This document shows, piece by piece, positions 1 to 9,059 of a stretch of 64,000 nucleotides of DNA. Origin of the DNA: a virus; IMG/VR virus record IMGVR_UViG_3300023174_000057, positions 1 to 64,000 of that record; one strand, 5' to 3'. The position numbers and the translations under genes were made by a program. The notes below the pieces were generated by a model that had not been told where the DNA came from, ran no database searches, and was given only the letters and a program-made list of their open reading frames with translations. Numbering within the stretch: the first letter of the stretch is position 1; each line of letters opens with the position of its first letter.

Positions 1-2
1 GT

Positions 3-1214
3 GAGGGTGAGGGGAAGGGCGAGGGGAAGGGTGAGGGTGAGGGTGAGGGTGAGGGGAAGGGCGAGGGGAAGGGTGAGGGGAAGGGGAAGGGCGAGAAGGG
101 CAACGCTGGCGAGGGCCGGAACGAGGACAGCACGGACGGCGAGAGCGCCAACGGCGCGGGCGGCGGCGCGGGTAACTCCAAGGTGACTGCCAAGGAGGTC
201 CTCGACCAGCACGCCCAAGGTGCGAACGGGAGCATGGACTCCAACACCGCGCTGGAAGCGGGCCTCAAGGCAGAGCTCGCCAAGGAGCCCGTGACCAACG
301 AAACGGCCCCGTGGCGTCCCTACAGCACCTCGGCGGACGTGATCGTCCGGGTGCAGGCGAAGTCGTCCAACGCGGCGCGGTTCACCAAGCTGGCGGAAAG
401 CGTCCGCGCGTCCACCGTGTACCTCCGCACCCGGCTCTCGGTGATCTTCCGTGCGCTGGAAGAAGCGGGCGTCGAGCACGGGGTCCGCAAGGGTCCGTCC
501 CTCTCGGGTCGGATGCTGGTCAACTCTCACTGCGAGATGAAGGGCGGGTCCATGCCGACGCGCGCCTACCTCGACCGCACCCCGGCGGTTGACATGAGCT
601 TCGCGGCTGCGGTGGTGATCGACGAGTCGAGCTCGATGCACGACAAGCTCCGCGAGACCGCGCAGGTGGCCTACACCCTCATGGACGCCCTCGACTCCAT
701 CGGGGCCAAGAGCATGGCAGTGGGCTTCCGCAATGGGGGGCACCCCAACCCCTACATCACGGCGAGCGAGGTCGAGGGGTGCCACCGCACCCACGGGATG
801 GTGTACGACCTGTTCAAGGATTGGTCGGAGACCTTCAAGTCCGCTGCCCCGCGTCTCGGTGAGATCCGCGCGCAGGGCGGTACCCCCCTCTCGGACGGGG
901 TCGAGTTCGCCCTCCGTGAGCTCTCGGCCCGCGCCGAAGGTCACCGGGTGATCTTCGTCCTCACGGACGGACTGCCCGACTACGGGCACCACAAGGTGCT
1001 CCGCTCGCAACTCCAGCGGGCGGCGGAAGCGGGCATCCTCGTGGTCGGCGTCGGGCTCGGGTACGGGAGCGAGTACGTCCAGCACAGCTTCCCGGAGTCG
1101 GTGTACGCGCCCAAAATCACCGCGCTCCCCAAGCTCCTCGTGGCCAAGCTGGAGACCCTCGTCAAGACGAGCCACGGGCTCGCCAAGCGGGGGAAGGCAG
1201 TCCGGGCGGCGTGA
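3..1214 (+). CDS. VWA (MIDAS) domain protein, CobT-like, 5'-partial, with Gly/Glu-rich linker
   Basis: Frame is open from the window start (EGEGKGEG...). MIDAS DESSSM motif, GGTPL and VLTDG motifs. Confidence 0.8.
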   Translation, partial: EGEGKGEGKGEGEGEGEGKGEGKGEGKGKGEKGNAGEGRNEDSTDGESANGAGGGAGNSKVTAKEVLDQHAQGANGSMDSNTALEAGLKAELAKEPVTNETAPWRPYSTSADVIVRVQAKSSNAARFTKLAESVRASTVYLRTRLSVIFRALEEAGVEHGVRKGPSLSGRMLVNSHCEMKGGSMPTRAYLDRTPAVDMSFAAAVVIDESSSMHDKLRETAQVAYTLMDALDSIGAKSMAVGFRNGGHPNPYITASEVEGCHRTHGMVYDLFKDWSETFKSAAPRLGEIRAQGGTPLSDGVEFALRELSARAEGHRVIFVLTDGLPDYGHHKVLRSQLQRAAEAGILVVGVGLGYGSEYVQHSFPESVYAPKITALPKLLVAKLETLVKTSHGLAKRGKAVRAA

Positions 1215-1318
1215 GCCCCGTGCCCCTCTGGGAAGCGCCCCAGAGGGGCCTCCACGGGCCGGGGGCGCAATCGGTCGTTTCCCGGTTACACCACCACCCC
1301 CCGCTCCGTGGTGCTGGC

Positions 1319-1636
1319 ATGACGACGATGACCACCACCCCCGCCGCCTCCACCGTGTCCACCGTCGCGGACGCCCTCAACGCCCTCGTCCGGGTCATGG
1401 ACCCGGCCCGTGCCCAGCGCGCGGCCTCCGTCGAGGTGGAGAGCGTGAAGCTCTCCCTCAACGGCGCGACCCTCACGGGCGTCACCGCCCGCACGGGCGA
1501 GGGCGGGAAGTACGCCACCCGGATCACCCTCGCCCCCCGCCGCTCGGTGGCCTGTTCGTGCCCCGACGCGACCCAGCGCAAGGTCGCGTGCAAGCACGTC
1601 TCGGCGCTGGCCGCGCGCCTCGCGGGGATGGTCTGA
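1319..1636 (+). CDS. SWIM zinc-finger protein
   Basis: CSCPD...ACKH motif; start follows the class I promoter motif. Confidence 0.75.
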   Translation: MTTMTTTPAASTVSTVADALNALVRVMDPARAQRAASVEVESVKLSLNGATLTGVTARTGEGGKYATRITLAPRRSVACSCPDATQRKVACKHVSALAARLAGMV

Positions 1637-1638
1637 CC

Positions 1639-1854
1639 GTGGACGTGACGGGAACGGTCACCCTCACGGAGATCGCCCTCATGGCCCTCTGGTCCCTCGC
1701 GGGCCTCGGGCTCATGGGCGTGGTCAACCACGTCGCCAACCGGGCTCCCCGGGCTCCCAAGCCGCCCGCCCCACCTGCCCCCGTCAACCGCAAGCGGGAG
1801 GCACCCAAGCCCCCCACGGGGGAGGGGACCACCCCGGTCAACCGCAAGCGGTGA
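1639..1854 (+). CDS. small membrane protein with Pro-rich tail
   Basis: Hydrophobic IALMALWSLAGLGLMGVV segment; duplicated PVNRKR. Confidence 0.5.
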   Translation: MDVTGTVTLTEIALMALWSLAGLGLMGVVNHVANRAPRAPKPPAPPAPVNRKREAPKPPTGEGTTPVNRKR

Positions 1855-1908
1855 CCGGGGGGAGGGGGGCACAAGAAATCCACCCCCCGCCCCGCGTGAC
1901 CACCCGGT

Positions 1909-1945
1909 CGATTCCCGGTTACACCCACCCCCACCCCTCCGTGGT
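1909..1945 (+). promoter_or_regulatory. class I phage promoter-like motif (GATTCCCGGTTACA-N~15-CCGTGGT), identical 37-nt copy at 2235-2271
   Basis: Motif recurs about 16 times, usually ending 6-9 nt before a start codon. Confidence 0.75.
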
Positions 1946-1951
1946 ACGGGC

Positions 1952-2227
1952 ATGAACGCCACCACCGCCACCGCCGCCGTCGAGACCGCCCTCCGCGAGG
2001 AGATCCGCGACCGCGAGTTCGCCCTCGCGGACAAGGAGCGGGAGCTCGCCCGCATCAAGACCGCCCTCCTCGCCGCCCTCGCTCGGCTCGACAAGGGGAT
2101 GGAGGAGGCTCCCGCCCGTGCGGTGGCCATCGCCACCAACCCGGCCCTCGCCGGGGACGTGGAGGCGGGCATCCGCACGGGGCTCCTCAAGGGCCTCGCG
2201 ATGGACGTGCGCGGGATCGTGTCCTGA
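1952..2227 (+). CDS. hypothetical coiled-coil protein
   Basis: ORF with phage-like codon bias behind the class I motif. Confidence 0.7.
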   Translation: MNATTATAAVETALREEIRDREFALADKERELARIKTALLAALARLDKGMEEAPARAVAIATNPALAGDVEAGIRTGLLKGLAMDVRGIVS

Positions 2228-2277
2228 CCAGTGACGATTCCCGGTTACACCCACCCCCACCCCTCCGTGGTGACAGC

Positions 2278-2508
2278 ATGACCCCCAAGTCCAAGATCGA
2301 GTACGCCCGCGCAGTCGCCACCGCCGCCCTCGCCCACCACGCGACGGCAAAGACCACGGTTGCCCAGACCGTGGCGGACGCCGTCACCTACGGGCGCGCC
2401 GAGGCGGGGCGCGAGGCCCTCGCCTACGAGCTTGGCATCCGCGCTTACCAGACCGAGTGTCTGGAGCGGGAGCTCCAGCGGGTGCTCGACATCCTCACGG
2501 CCAAGTGA
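2278..2508 (+). CDS. hypothetical protein
   Basis: ORF behind the class I motif. Confidence 0.7.
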   Translation: MTPKSKIEYARAVATAALAHHATAKTTVAQTVADAVTYGRAEAGREALAYELGIRAYQTECLERELQRVLDILTAK

Positions 2509-2852
2509 GGGAGTGAGGGACGGGGGTGACCCCCACCCGTCCCACTCGGGGTGGGGCAAGAAATCGGTTTTTCCCAGTGATCTCGTTGACTTGGGGGCAG
2601 GGGTGTGACGGGGCCACCCGCCTAAAACCGTATAGTAAACTGAACGGGTGTCCACTACTGGTCAAAATAGCTGTGTTGAGCCCGCATTGAAAATGGCACC
2701 CCTCAAAGGGAAAGACGTTTGGGAAGGCCATTCCCAGACGGTGAGGCAGGGCGCTCCGCGCCGCGCCAGACCGAGAGACGGATGACGGACGGGGGAGGCG
2801 GACGGGGGAGACGGACGGGAGAGACGGATGACGGACGGGTTCCCCCGCGCGA

Positions 2853-3113
2853 CCCCCCTTCGGTGGGACAAGGGGTGTTCTCCCACGGACCCCCCCTTCG
2901 GTGGGACAAGCCCCCTCTCTGGGGGCGTAACGTGCCTCATGGGCTACCGGGTTCTGACGGGCGATTGCCGAGAGACGCTCAAGACTCTGGGGGACGGGAC
3001 CGTCCAGTGCGTGGTGACCTCGCCCCCGTACTGGGGCTTGAGGGATTTGACCTGTTGGGTGAGTTCTCCAAGTAGGGTTCCCCCGGAACGACCCCCTTCG
3101 GTGAGACAAGGGG
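2853..3113 (+). repeat. three copies of ACCCCC(C)TTCGGTG(G/A)GACAAG
   Basis: Copies near 2852, 2889 and 3091. Confidence 0.7.
2939..3047 (+). pseudogene. N-terminal fragment of an N4/N6 DNA methyltransferase
   Basis: MGYRVLTGDCRETLKTL...VQCVVTSPPYWGLRD (SPPY motif IV); similarity then ends. Confidence 0.7.
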
Positions 3114-3156
3114 CCTTTTCCTGTTACGGGGTGGGGGGTGTCTCCGTGGTGGGGTC

Positions 3157-3429
3157 ATGGAAGCGACGTGCGGCGTCAAGTACAGGCTCACGAACGGCAC
3201 TCTCGACCTCGTGCGGGTGGTGAGCCCCACGGGTCGTGGGGTCACCGTCCGTGGTGGTGGCATCCCTGCCACGGTCGCCCGGAAGGTGCTGGGGTCGGGT
3301 GCGAAGCTCTTCGACACCCGGGTGGACCTGTGCGGCACCCGTGTGTACGAGCTCGATTGGTACGAGGGCACCATGTCTCTCACCTACGGGGAGATGCGGG
3401 CGGTGTTGGTGGCGGCGGGGTGTTGGTGA
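3157..3429 (+). CDS. hypothetical protein
   Basis: Behind the class I motif; first gene of a coupled operon. Confidence 0.65.
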   Translation: MEATCGVKYRLTNGTLDLVRVVSPTGRGVTVRGGGIPATVARKVLGSGAKLFDTRVDLCGTRVYELDWYEGTMSLTYGEMRAVLVAAGCW

Positions 3430-3569
3430 TGGTAGTGGTCCGTGGGGGTTCCTACCGCTACCGCTACGGGGTGATGGTTCGGGCGGCGAAGGTTTGCAAG
3501 GAGCCTCCCGAGTCGCTCGACCGGGAGCCCGGGTTCCGCACCCGCCTACCTGTGAGGCAACCGAGATGA
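3429..3569 (+). CDS. FGE/CLec C-terminal-segment mini-protein 1 (46 aa)
   Basis: MVVVRGGSYRYRYGVMVRAAK...PGFRTRLPVRQPR; TGATG overlap with the upstream gene. Confidence 0.7.
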   Translation: MVVVRGGSYRYRYGVMVRAAKVCKEPPESLDREPGFRTRLPVRQPR

Positions 3570-3736
3570 CCAAGAACGGCAACGAGTCACCGATCTTGGG
3601 CGTTCGCGGCGGCAACTGGGACAACGACCGTGGGTTCTATGTGCGGGTGTCGTTGGAGGAGATTCAGTTTGGCTCCCAGCTTCGGGGCACGGACACGGGT
3701 TTCCGCACCTCCCTCTCTGCGAGGCAACCGAGATGA
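3566..3736 (+). CDS. FGE/CLec C-terminal-segment mini-protein 2 (56 aa)
   Basis: VRGGNWDN...TGFRTSLSARQPR; ATGA overlap. Confidence 0.75.
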   Translation: MTKNGNESPILGVRGGNWDNDRGFYVRVSLEEIQFGSQLRGTDTGFRTSLSARQPR

Positions 3737-3888
3737 ACACCCCGTACTTCCGCATCCGAGGGGGATGCTTGATCACCCGCGATCCGTGGTGGGTTCGCCC
3801 TGCGCTCGACACCCCACAGAAGGCTGACGTGAACATCAACAGTCTCGGGTTCCGCACCCATCTCCCTGCAAGGATGCCCCGCGTATGA
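3733..3888 (+). CDS. FGE/CLec C-terminal-segment mini-protein 3 (51 aa; not in ORF track)
   Basis: MNTPYFRIRGGCLITRDPWWVRPALDTPQKADVNINSLGFRTHLPARMPRV; ATGA overlap. Confidence 0.75.
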   Translation: MNTPYFRIRGGCLITRDPWWVRPALDTPQKADVNINSLGFRTHLPARMPRV

Positions 3889-4058
3889 GCGCCACCAAAC
3901 TTCGAGAAGAATCCCACCTTGTTCTTCATGGGGGTTCTTGGAACCGCACGGGTACCCGCACCTTGCGTGCCGACTTCCAAGGTGGGGAGCGACCCGCGCA
4001 TTTCGACGACTGTCTGGGGTTCCGCACGATGCTGCCGGGGCGTAAGGCACGGACATGA
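3885..4058 (+). CDS. FGE/CLec C-terminal-segment mini-protein 4 (57 aa; not in ORF track)
   Basis: MSATKLREESHLVLHGGSWNRTGTRTLRADFQGGERPAHFDDCLGFRTMLPGRKART; ATGA overlaps on both sides. Confidence 0.75.
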   Translation: MSATKLREESHLVLHGGSWNRTGTRTLRADFQGGERPAHFDDCLGFRTMLPGRKART

Positions 4059-4591
4059 AGCTCATCGTCTTGGAAGGCTGCGACGGCACGGGCACGAGCA
4101 CCAACGCGAAGAAGTTGGGGGAGGCCCTCCAGCGCGAGGGCTACAAGACCCTCGTCTACCACCACCCCCCGCACCGTCCGGGTGGGGGTGACTGGGAGCG
4201 GTCCCTGCACTACGCGAGGGAGAGGGCCGAGATGGCCACCCGCACGGCGGACGACACGGTGGTGGTGGCGGACCGCTGGGTGTCCAGCACGGATGCGATT
4301 GCCATGACCCTCGACGGCGAGGTTCGTGGGAGGCTGCTGGGTCTCACTGCACTGGAGAGGCAGTCTCTCCCGACCCCCACGCTCATCGTCCTGCTCGACG
4401 CCCCCGACGCGGTGCTGGACGAGAGGCTCACGGCCCGTGGCGAGTCTCCCCCTCCGCAACGAGGTGAGCTTCGTCGGGTGTACCGGGAGAGCATCACCAT
4501 GACGTGCGACGTGACGGTGAACACGGCGGGAGATAGCGGTCGGGTGTCTGACCGTCTGTTGTCCTTGGCCAAGGCTGCACTGGAGGACTGA
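4055..4591 (+). CDS. tmk: thymidylate kinase-like protein
   Basis: IVLEGCDGTGTST P-loop (Lys replaced by Thr), VVADRW and LLDAP motifs. Confidence 0.8.
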   Translation: MKLIVLEGCDGTGTSTNAKKLGEALQREGYKTLVYHHPPHRPGGGDWERSLHYARERAEMATRTADDTVVVADRWVSSTDAIAMTLDGEVRGRLLGLTALERQSLPTPTLIVLLDAPDAVLDERLTARGESPPPQRGELRRVYRESITMTCDVTVNTAGDSGRVSDRLLSLAKAALED

Positions 4592-4592
4592 C

Positions 4593-4877
4593 ATGAGCAA
4601 GGGTCTACCGAGGGTCTGGAAGGCGACGGTCACCTACGAGGTGTACGTTCTCTCACACCGCGCCGACGAAGCAGCGGACTGCGCCAAGCTGAACCGGGAC
4701 TGCTACGCGGACATCGAGCACACGGGGGTGTCCAGCGCCGTGGTGGTGACGGACATCGGGTCCGTGGAAGACCCGACGAGTCTCCCGTGGGTGGCGATGG
4801 ACGTGAAGAACCCCGACCACAGGGAAGACATCACCGTGCGCGAGTGGCTGGAGCGCATCAAGGGAGAAGAGAAGTGA
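4593..4877 (+). CDS. hypothetical protein (paralog of next gene)
   Basis: VYV...LPWV...DITVREW pattern shared with 4874-5209. Confidence 0.65.
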   Translation: MSKGLPRVWKATVTYEVYVLSHRADEAADCAKLNRDCYADIEHTGVSSAVVVTDIGSVEDPTSLPWVAMDVKNPDHREDITVREWLERIKGEEK

Positions 4878-5209
4878 GCGAACCGAAGCTGTACCGGGTG
4901 AGAATCGAAGCCGACGTGTACGTCGTCGCGGCCAGCGAGCACGACGCCGAGGAGTACGCCCTGCGGGAGAGTGACGTGGTGGACGACGCGATGGAGCACG
5001 CCGAAGCCACGGCTTCCGTCGTCACGGCGAAGAGTCTGAGCGGCGCGGAGGAGAACTGCCTCCCGTGGGTGGACGACGACTTGGAAGACGGCGAGGTTGA
5101 CCGGGACCGCACGGTGAAGGCGTGGGCGGAACTGAACGACGCCGCCACGGCCCAAGCCAAGCGCGAGCGTGAGTTCAACGCCAAGCAACTGAACATCCCG
5201 GGGACGTGA
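4874..5209 (+). CDS. hypothetical protein (paralog of previous gene)
   Basis: GTGA-coupled; VYV...LPWV...DRTVKAW. Confidence 0.65.
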   Translation: MSEPKLYRVRIEADVYVVAASEHDAEEYALRESDVVDDAMEHAEATASVVTAKSLSGAEENCLPWVDDDLEDGEVDRDRTVKAWAELNDAATAQAKREREFNAKQLNIPGT

Positions 5210-5424
5210 TGCGAACCTACCACATTCGCATGATGGACGACTACGGGTGGACCTTGGGGAAGGTATCCCCCGACGCGCCCAACAACAGCGCCGTTCTCAC
5301 CGTCGAGCGCGACGGCACCCGCTGGATCAGCCAAGTCAACGTGGACCGCCTGTCCATCGCAGACCTTTCCTCCCTCGCGGAGTTCTGCGCGCACGCGAAG
5401 CTCGACACTGGGCGCGGGACGTGA
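5206..5424 (+). CDS. hypothetical protein
   Basis: Coupled ORF. Confidence 0.55.
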   Translation: MMRTYHIRMMDDYGWTLGKVSPDAPNNSAVLTVERDGTRWISQVNVDRLSIADLSSLAEFCAHAKLDTGRGT

Positions 5425-5654
5425 CCGTGGCCGTGACCGTAGAAGACCTCCGAACGCTGATCGGGGACGTGCTGTTCCAACGGGGTTATGGTTCGTGGTC
5501 CTTCGACCCGTACACGCGGGATCACGAACCCGGTTGGCACTACGTCCAAGTGGACGCCCGTTCCTACGACGTTCGTAGGCTGACGGTCAACGAGCGGGGT
5601 CGTACGGAAGCCGAAGCCTTGCGGGGTGTACTGGACTCCCTTGGAGTACCGTGA
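5421..5654 (+). CDS. hypothetical protein
   Basis: GTGA-coupled ORF. Confidence 0.55.
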   Translation: MTVAVTVEDLRTLIGDVLFQRGYGSWSFDPYTRDHEPGWHYVQVDARSYDVRRLTVNERGRTEAEALRGVLDSLGVP

Positions 5655-5913
5655 ACCTAGATCAAGCCCGAGCTCTGACCGCACGGTTCCCCGCCTATTC
5701 CCCGCCCCCCGTAGCGGGCTCCCGGTAGCGGTGGTTTCTGCCGCTTCCCACCGCGCACCGTCCCCTGAAGCCGAGCGGCGACAGGGGGGTGGGCTGGGAG
5801 CCCGCCGCCGACAAGGCTGACCTCCGGGCGTTGATGGATCGGATGTTCCCGCCCCGCTAGTATCCCTGTTGACGCCCGTACTCGACGAGTGAGCCCACAC
5901 CCGGAGCTAAACG

Positions 5914-7122
5914 ATGCCCCACGATCCCTTCCAAACCCCCGATCTCAACGACGTTCACCGCCGCATCCTCGACGCGGTGGGGTTCAAGGTACCGGCGTCG
6001 GCCAACCTCGACGATGCCCGCGATGCGCTGGAGGACCACTACCTCGCGATGAAGCGGGGGCCGGAACGGGACCGTTTTGAGACGGCCTTCACGCTGATGA
6101 TATACGGAGACGTGGTGGACGGAAAACCCGAGAGTCAAACCCAATCGAAGATCCGAGCACTGGAGCAGTCGGGGAAGACGGCTCACTCACGGAGACAAGA
6201 GATGAAGAAGAAGTCCAGCGAGCGCGGTGCCGGGTCTGACGGCAACTACATGACCAAGCAGAACTTGTGGCTGCTGCACCGGATGACGGAGCTCCTGTAC
6301 AAGGGCATCCCGGACGGTGTGCTCCTGCCTGATTGGGCTGAGTCCAAGATCAACAGCGCCGCCGACCACATCAAAGCCGTGGCGGGCTGGGCGATGCACG
6401 AGTCCCACGGGGATGACCTCCACCCCGCCCCGGAGGAGAACCCGATCCACCTCGGTGACCGGCACCTCCGTGCGGGCCTCATCCGTCTGGCTCACGCCAA
6501 CCCAGAACTTCGTCCGCACCTCCTCCCCCTTCTCACCAAGGTGGCAGCGGAGGAGGTGAACGTCCCCGGCAAGCACATCCTCGACAATGCCACGGTGTAT
6601 GGCGAGGCCGAGGTGTCAGGCGGTGCCAAGGTGTATGACGACGCCAAGGTGCGGGGCGGTGCCAAGGTGTCTGGCACTGCCGAGGTGAAGAACAACGCCG
6701 AGGTGTTGGGTAATGCCAAGGTGTCAGGCACCGCCCATGTGTATGGCAACGCCAAGGTGTTTCACAAATCAAAGGTGTATGGCGGTGGCCGTGTGTTTGG
6801 CTATGCCAAGGTGGGAGACTTGGCCGAGGTGTATGGCGAGGCCGAGGTGTATGGCACCGCCGAGGTGTATGGCACCGCCAAGGTGTATGAGGATGCCAAG
6901 GTGTATGGCACCGCCGAGGTGTATGATGGTGCCGAGGTGTATGGCACCGCCGATGTGTTTGGCGCTGCCAAGGTGTATGGCACCGCCAAGGTGTATGGCA
7001 CCGCACAGGTGTATGGCGAGGCCGAAATCAGTGGGACCGCAATCATCACGGGCGGTGAGTGGGACGGGTCGGAAGGCCCGATCACCAAAGGTAAGTGGAA
7101 GTCTCCCGGCGTTCCCGCCTGA
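5914..7122 (+). CDS. composite protein: N-terminal domain, internal LRxxLIRLAH tag, hexapeptide-repeat left-handed beta-helix
   Basis: Tag at about 6466-6546, then about 25 VYG(T/N/E)A(K/E)-type repeats (6583-7050). Confidence 0.8.
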   Translation: MPHDPFQTPDLNDVHRRILDAVGFKVPASANLDDARDALEDHYLAMKRGPERDRFETAFTLMIYGDVVDGKPESQTQSKIRALEQSGKTAHSRRQEMKKKSSERGAGSDGNYMTKQNLWLLHRMTELLYKGIPDGVLLPDWAESKINSAADHIKAVAGWAMHESHGDDLHPAPEENPIHLGDRHLRAGLIRLAHANPELRPHLLPLLTKVAAEEVNVPGKHILDNATVYGEAEVSGGAKVYDDAKVRGGAKVSGTAEVKNNAEVLGNAKVSGTAHVYGNAKVFHKSKVYGGGRVFGYAKVGDLAEVYGEAEVYGTAEVYGTAKVYEDAKVYGTAEVYDGAEVYGTADVFGAAKVYGTAKVYGTAQVYGEAEISGTAIITGGEWDGSEGPITKGKWKSPGVPA

Positions 7123-7178
7123 CCCACCGTTTCCCCGCCTATACGCCTTCTCTTGGTTAGGAAGGGTTCCCACACACC

Positions 7179-7451
7179 ATGTCCAGTAATCTCCGTGCGG
7201 GCCTCATCCGTCTGGCTCACGCCAATCCAGAACTTCGTCCGCACCTCCTCCCGCTGCTCAAGGAAGCTGCGAAGGCTCCGGTCAAAATGGAGGCCCGCCT
7301 CATCCAGATCAATGACCGTGTGAAGGACTTTGATGGGTCTTTCCGTGTGGTCAAGACCGTCGAGGTCACCAAAGACTTGGTGAAGGTGACTTTCAAGGAC
7401 GGTGGACGGATCAACGCTGACCCCAACGACATGGTGACCGTTCAGCGATGA
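7179..7451 (+). CDS. tag-bearing small beta-rich (SH3-like) protein
   Basis: MSSNLRAGLIRLAHANPELRPHLLPLLKEAA N-terminus. Confidence 0.8.
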   Translation: MSSNLRAGLIRLAHANPELRPHLLPLLKEAAKAPVKMEARLIQINDRVKDFDGSFRVVKTVEVTKDLVKVTFKDGGRINADPNDMVTVQR

Positions 7452-7672
7452 GCGATCAAGCTCACCGTTCCAAGGTCATCGCCCGACGCTTCACTGGAGG
7501 GTGAGCTCCTCGCCCCGCCAAATGGGCAACAGCCCGCACTTGGCACAGGCAGGGAGCTTCCCGCTCGCACGCATCGCACGGCGCAGTACCGCCCCGCCCG
7601 TGTCCGTCCCCTCGGGATGGAGACACAGCACCTCGGACAACGGCTTGGCAGGACGCCCACGCTTACGGGAGG

Positions 7673-7999
7673 TCAAAGGGACCCCCCCTCCTTCCAACCC
7701 ATCGGCAGAACCTCCACCACCTTGCCGTACACGGTGGTGGTCCAACCGTTGTCATGCCCGTGGTTGTTCCCGATGAGAACACCCCGGTCCGCGTTCACCG
7801 CCTTCACCAAGTGCGTGTACACATTCCCACGCACCCGGCAGTAGGCGATGTCCCCCACGACGAGGTCTTCCCATCGACACGGGGCGATCCGAACAGGCTG
7901 GCGGGATTGAATGAGAGGGAGCATGGAGTTACCGGGCTCACGCGAGACCACGGTCTCCCCACGCTGCAAGGCTTCGATCTTGTAGTTGGGTACTGACAT
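7673..7999 (-). CDS. peptidase S24/S26-like protein
   Basis: GNSMLPLI...GDI...THLVK Ser/His-type pattern. Confidence 0.65.
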   Translation of the reverse strand: MSVPNYKIEALQRGETVVSREPGNSMLPLIQSRQPVRIAPCRWEDLVVGDIAYCRVRGNVYTHLVKAVNADRGVLIGNNHGHDNGWTTTVYGKVVEVLPMGWKEGGSL

Positions 8000-8017
8000 G
8001 AAGGACGTTACGCCCGG

Positions 8018-8470
8018 TCAAACCACCTCCCGAACCACCACGCCCCAGAACGGCGGAAACCCCGCGTCCATCATCGACTCGATACGGGCGTGCATCGCCC
8101 GGATCGCACCTTCCGGCACGCCGTGGGTGTTGCGCGCCGCTGCGACGGCGGGGTCGCACGTCACCCGGACGATGGTGACGGCGTAGCCGTAGGCGAGGGC
8201 CAGCGAGACGTAGGGGGCCATCTCCAAGCTGGTCGTGTTGGTGTTGTCCACGACGACGTGGGCCTCGCCCCGTTGAAGGGCCTCCGTGTACCTGCGAAGG
8301 CACTGGCCGTGGGCCGCGCCGAGCTTGGTCGGGTCGAAGGCGTAGGTGCCCCCGCCCAACTCCACGAAGTAGTGGTCGGCGGACACCACCACCGCGCCCG
8401 TGAGGGACGCCGTGTGGTGAGATTTGCCGCTGCCCGGGACGCCCACGAGGATGGTGACGGTGGTGGTCAT
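8018..8470 (-). CDS. P-loop kinase (AAA_33 / polynucleotide-kinase-like)
   Basis: GVPGSGKS, VSADHYF, VVVDNTN, RNTHGVP. Confidence 0.85.
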   Translation of the reverse strand: MTTTVTILVGVPGSGKSHHTASLTGAVVVSADHYFVELGGGTYAFDPTKLGAAHGQCLRRYTEALQRGEAHVVVDNTNTTSLEMAPYVSLALAYGYAVTIVRVTCDPAVAAARNTHGVPEGAIRAMHARIESMMDAGFPPFWGVVVREVV

Positions 8471-8607
8471 GCTCTCCCCACGGAGACGGTGGGTGTGGTG
8501 TAACAGGAAATCGTTGGTGGTCATGCTCTGTAGACGCGGGCGGGGCGGGGATGCTGACAGCGATTTCTTGTCCGCCCACGGCGGGGGGTGAGTGGCCCCC
8601 CGGCACC

Positions 8608-9012
8608 TCACAGGGAGGCCAGCTTGGCCTCGACCTCGTCGAAGTGGGCCGCAGCCTTGGGACGCCAAGCCGTGAGGAACCGCTTGGCCGACTCCAAGGT
8701 GACCCTAAGCGCCCGGGCGCACTCTTCCCAAGTGTCGATGGGGCTCACCCCCGTCGCTTTGGCCAATCCCTCTCGGAACGTGCCCGTCTCCCAGCCGTCC
8801 ACCCCCGCGATGGTACGGACCCCCGTGGCGAGCACCAGACGGAACGTGGTGTTGCTCCACTTCCCGTTCTTTTCAAACGAGGTGCCGCGCACCACCACGG
8901 TGCCGGGGATGTCCGTCCCCTTGAAAGGGAGAACCTCACCCGCCGTGATGACGAGGAGCCACTGCCCGCGCCCACGGGGGCGCATTCCGTCGTTCCATTC
9001 GATGTTCGTCAT
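8608..9012 (-). CDS. hypothetical protein
   Basis: Behind the class I motif on the minus strand. Confidence 0.7.
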   Translation of the reverse strand: MTNIEWNDGMRPRGRGQWLLVITAGEVLPFKGTDIPGTVVVRGTSFEKNGKWSNTTFRLVLATGVRTIAGVDGWETGTFREGLAKATGVSPIDTWEECARALRVTLESAKRFLTAWRPKAAAHFDEVEAKLASL

Positions 9013-9021
9013 GCCAGCACC

Positions 9022-9059
9022 ACGGAGGCGGGGTCGGGGCTGTAACCGAGAATCGTCAC
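9022..9059 (-). repeat. 38-nt direct repeat containing the class I promoter; partner at 10409-10446
   Basis: 37/38 identity; the pair flanks the FGE scaffold plus mini-gene module. Confidence 0.85.

Noticed and set aside
1-186. Arg/Gly-rich 61-aa ORF
   Set aside because: Wrong frame of the EG/KG linker that belongs to the VWA gene (frame starting at 3).
6583-7050. 18-nt tandem repeats as a CRISPR array
   Set aside because: No unique spacers; the repeats are in-frame hexapeptide coding units.
7491-7676. HNH endonuclease (CAKCG...WRGEELTLQ)
   Set aside because: Stops before the DH/HNH core; at best a remnant, too weak to call.
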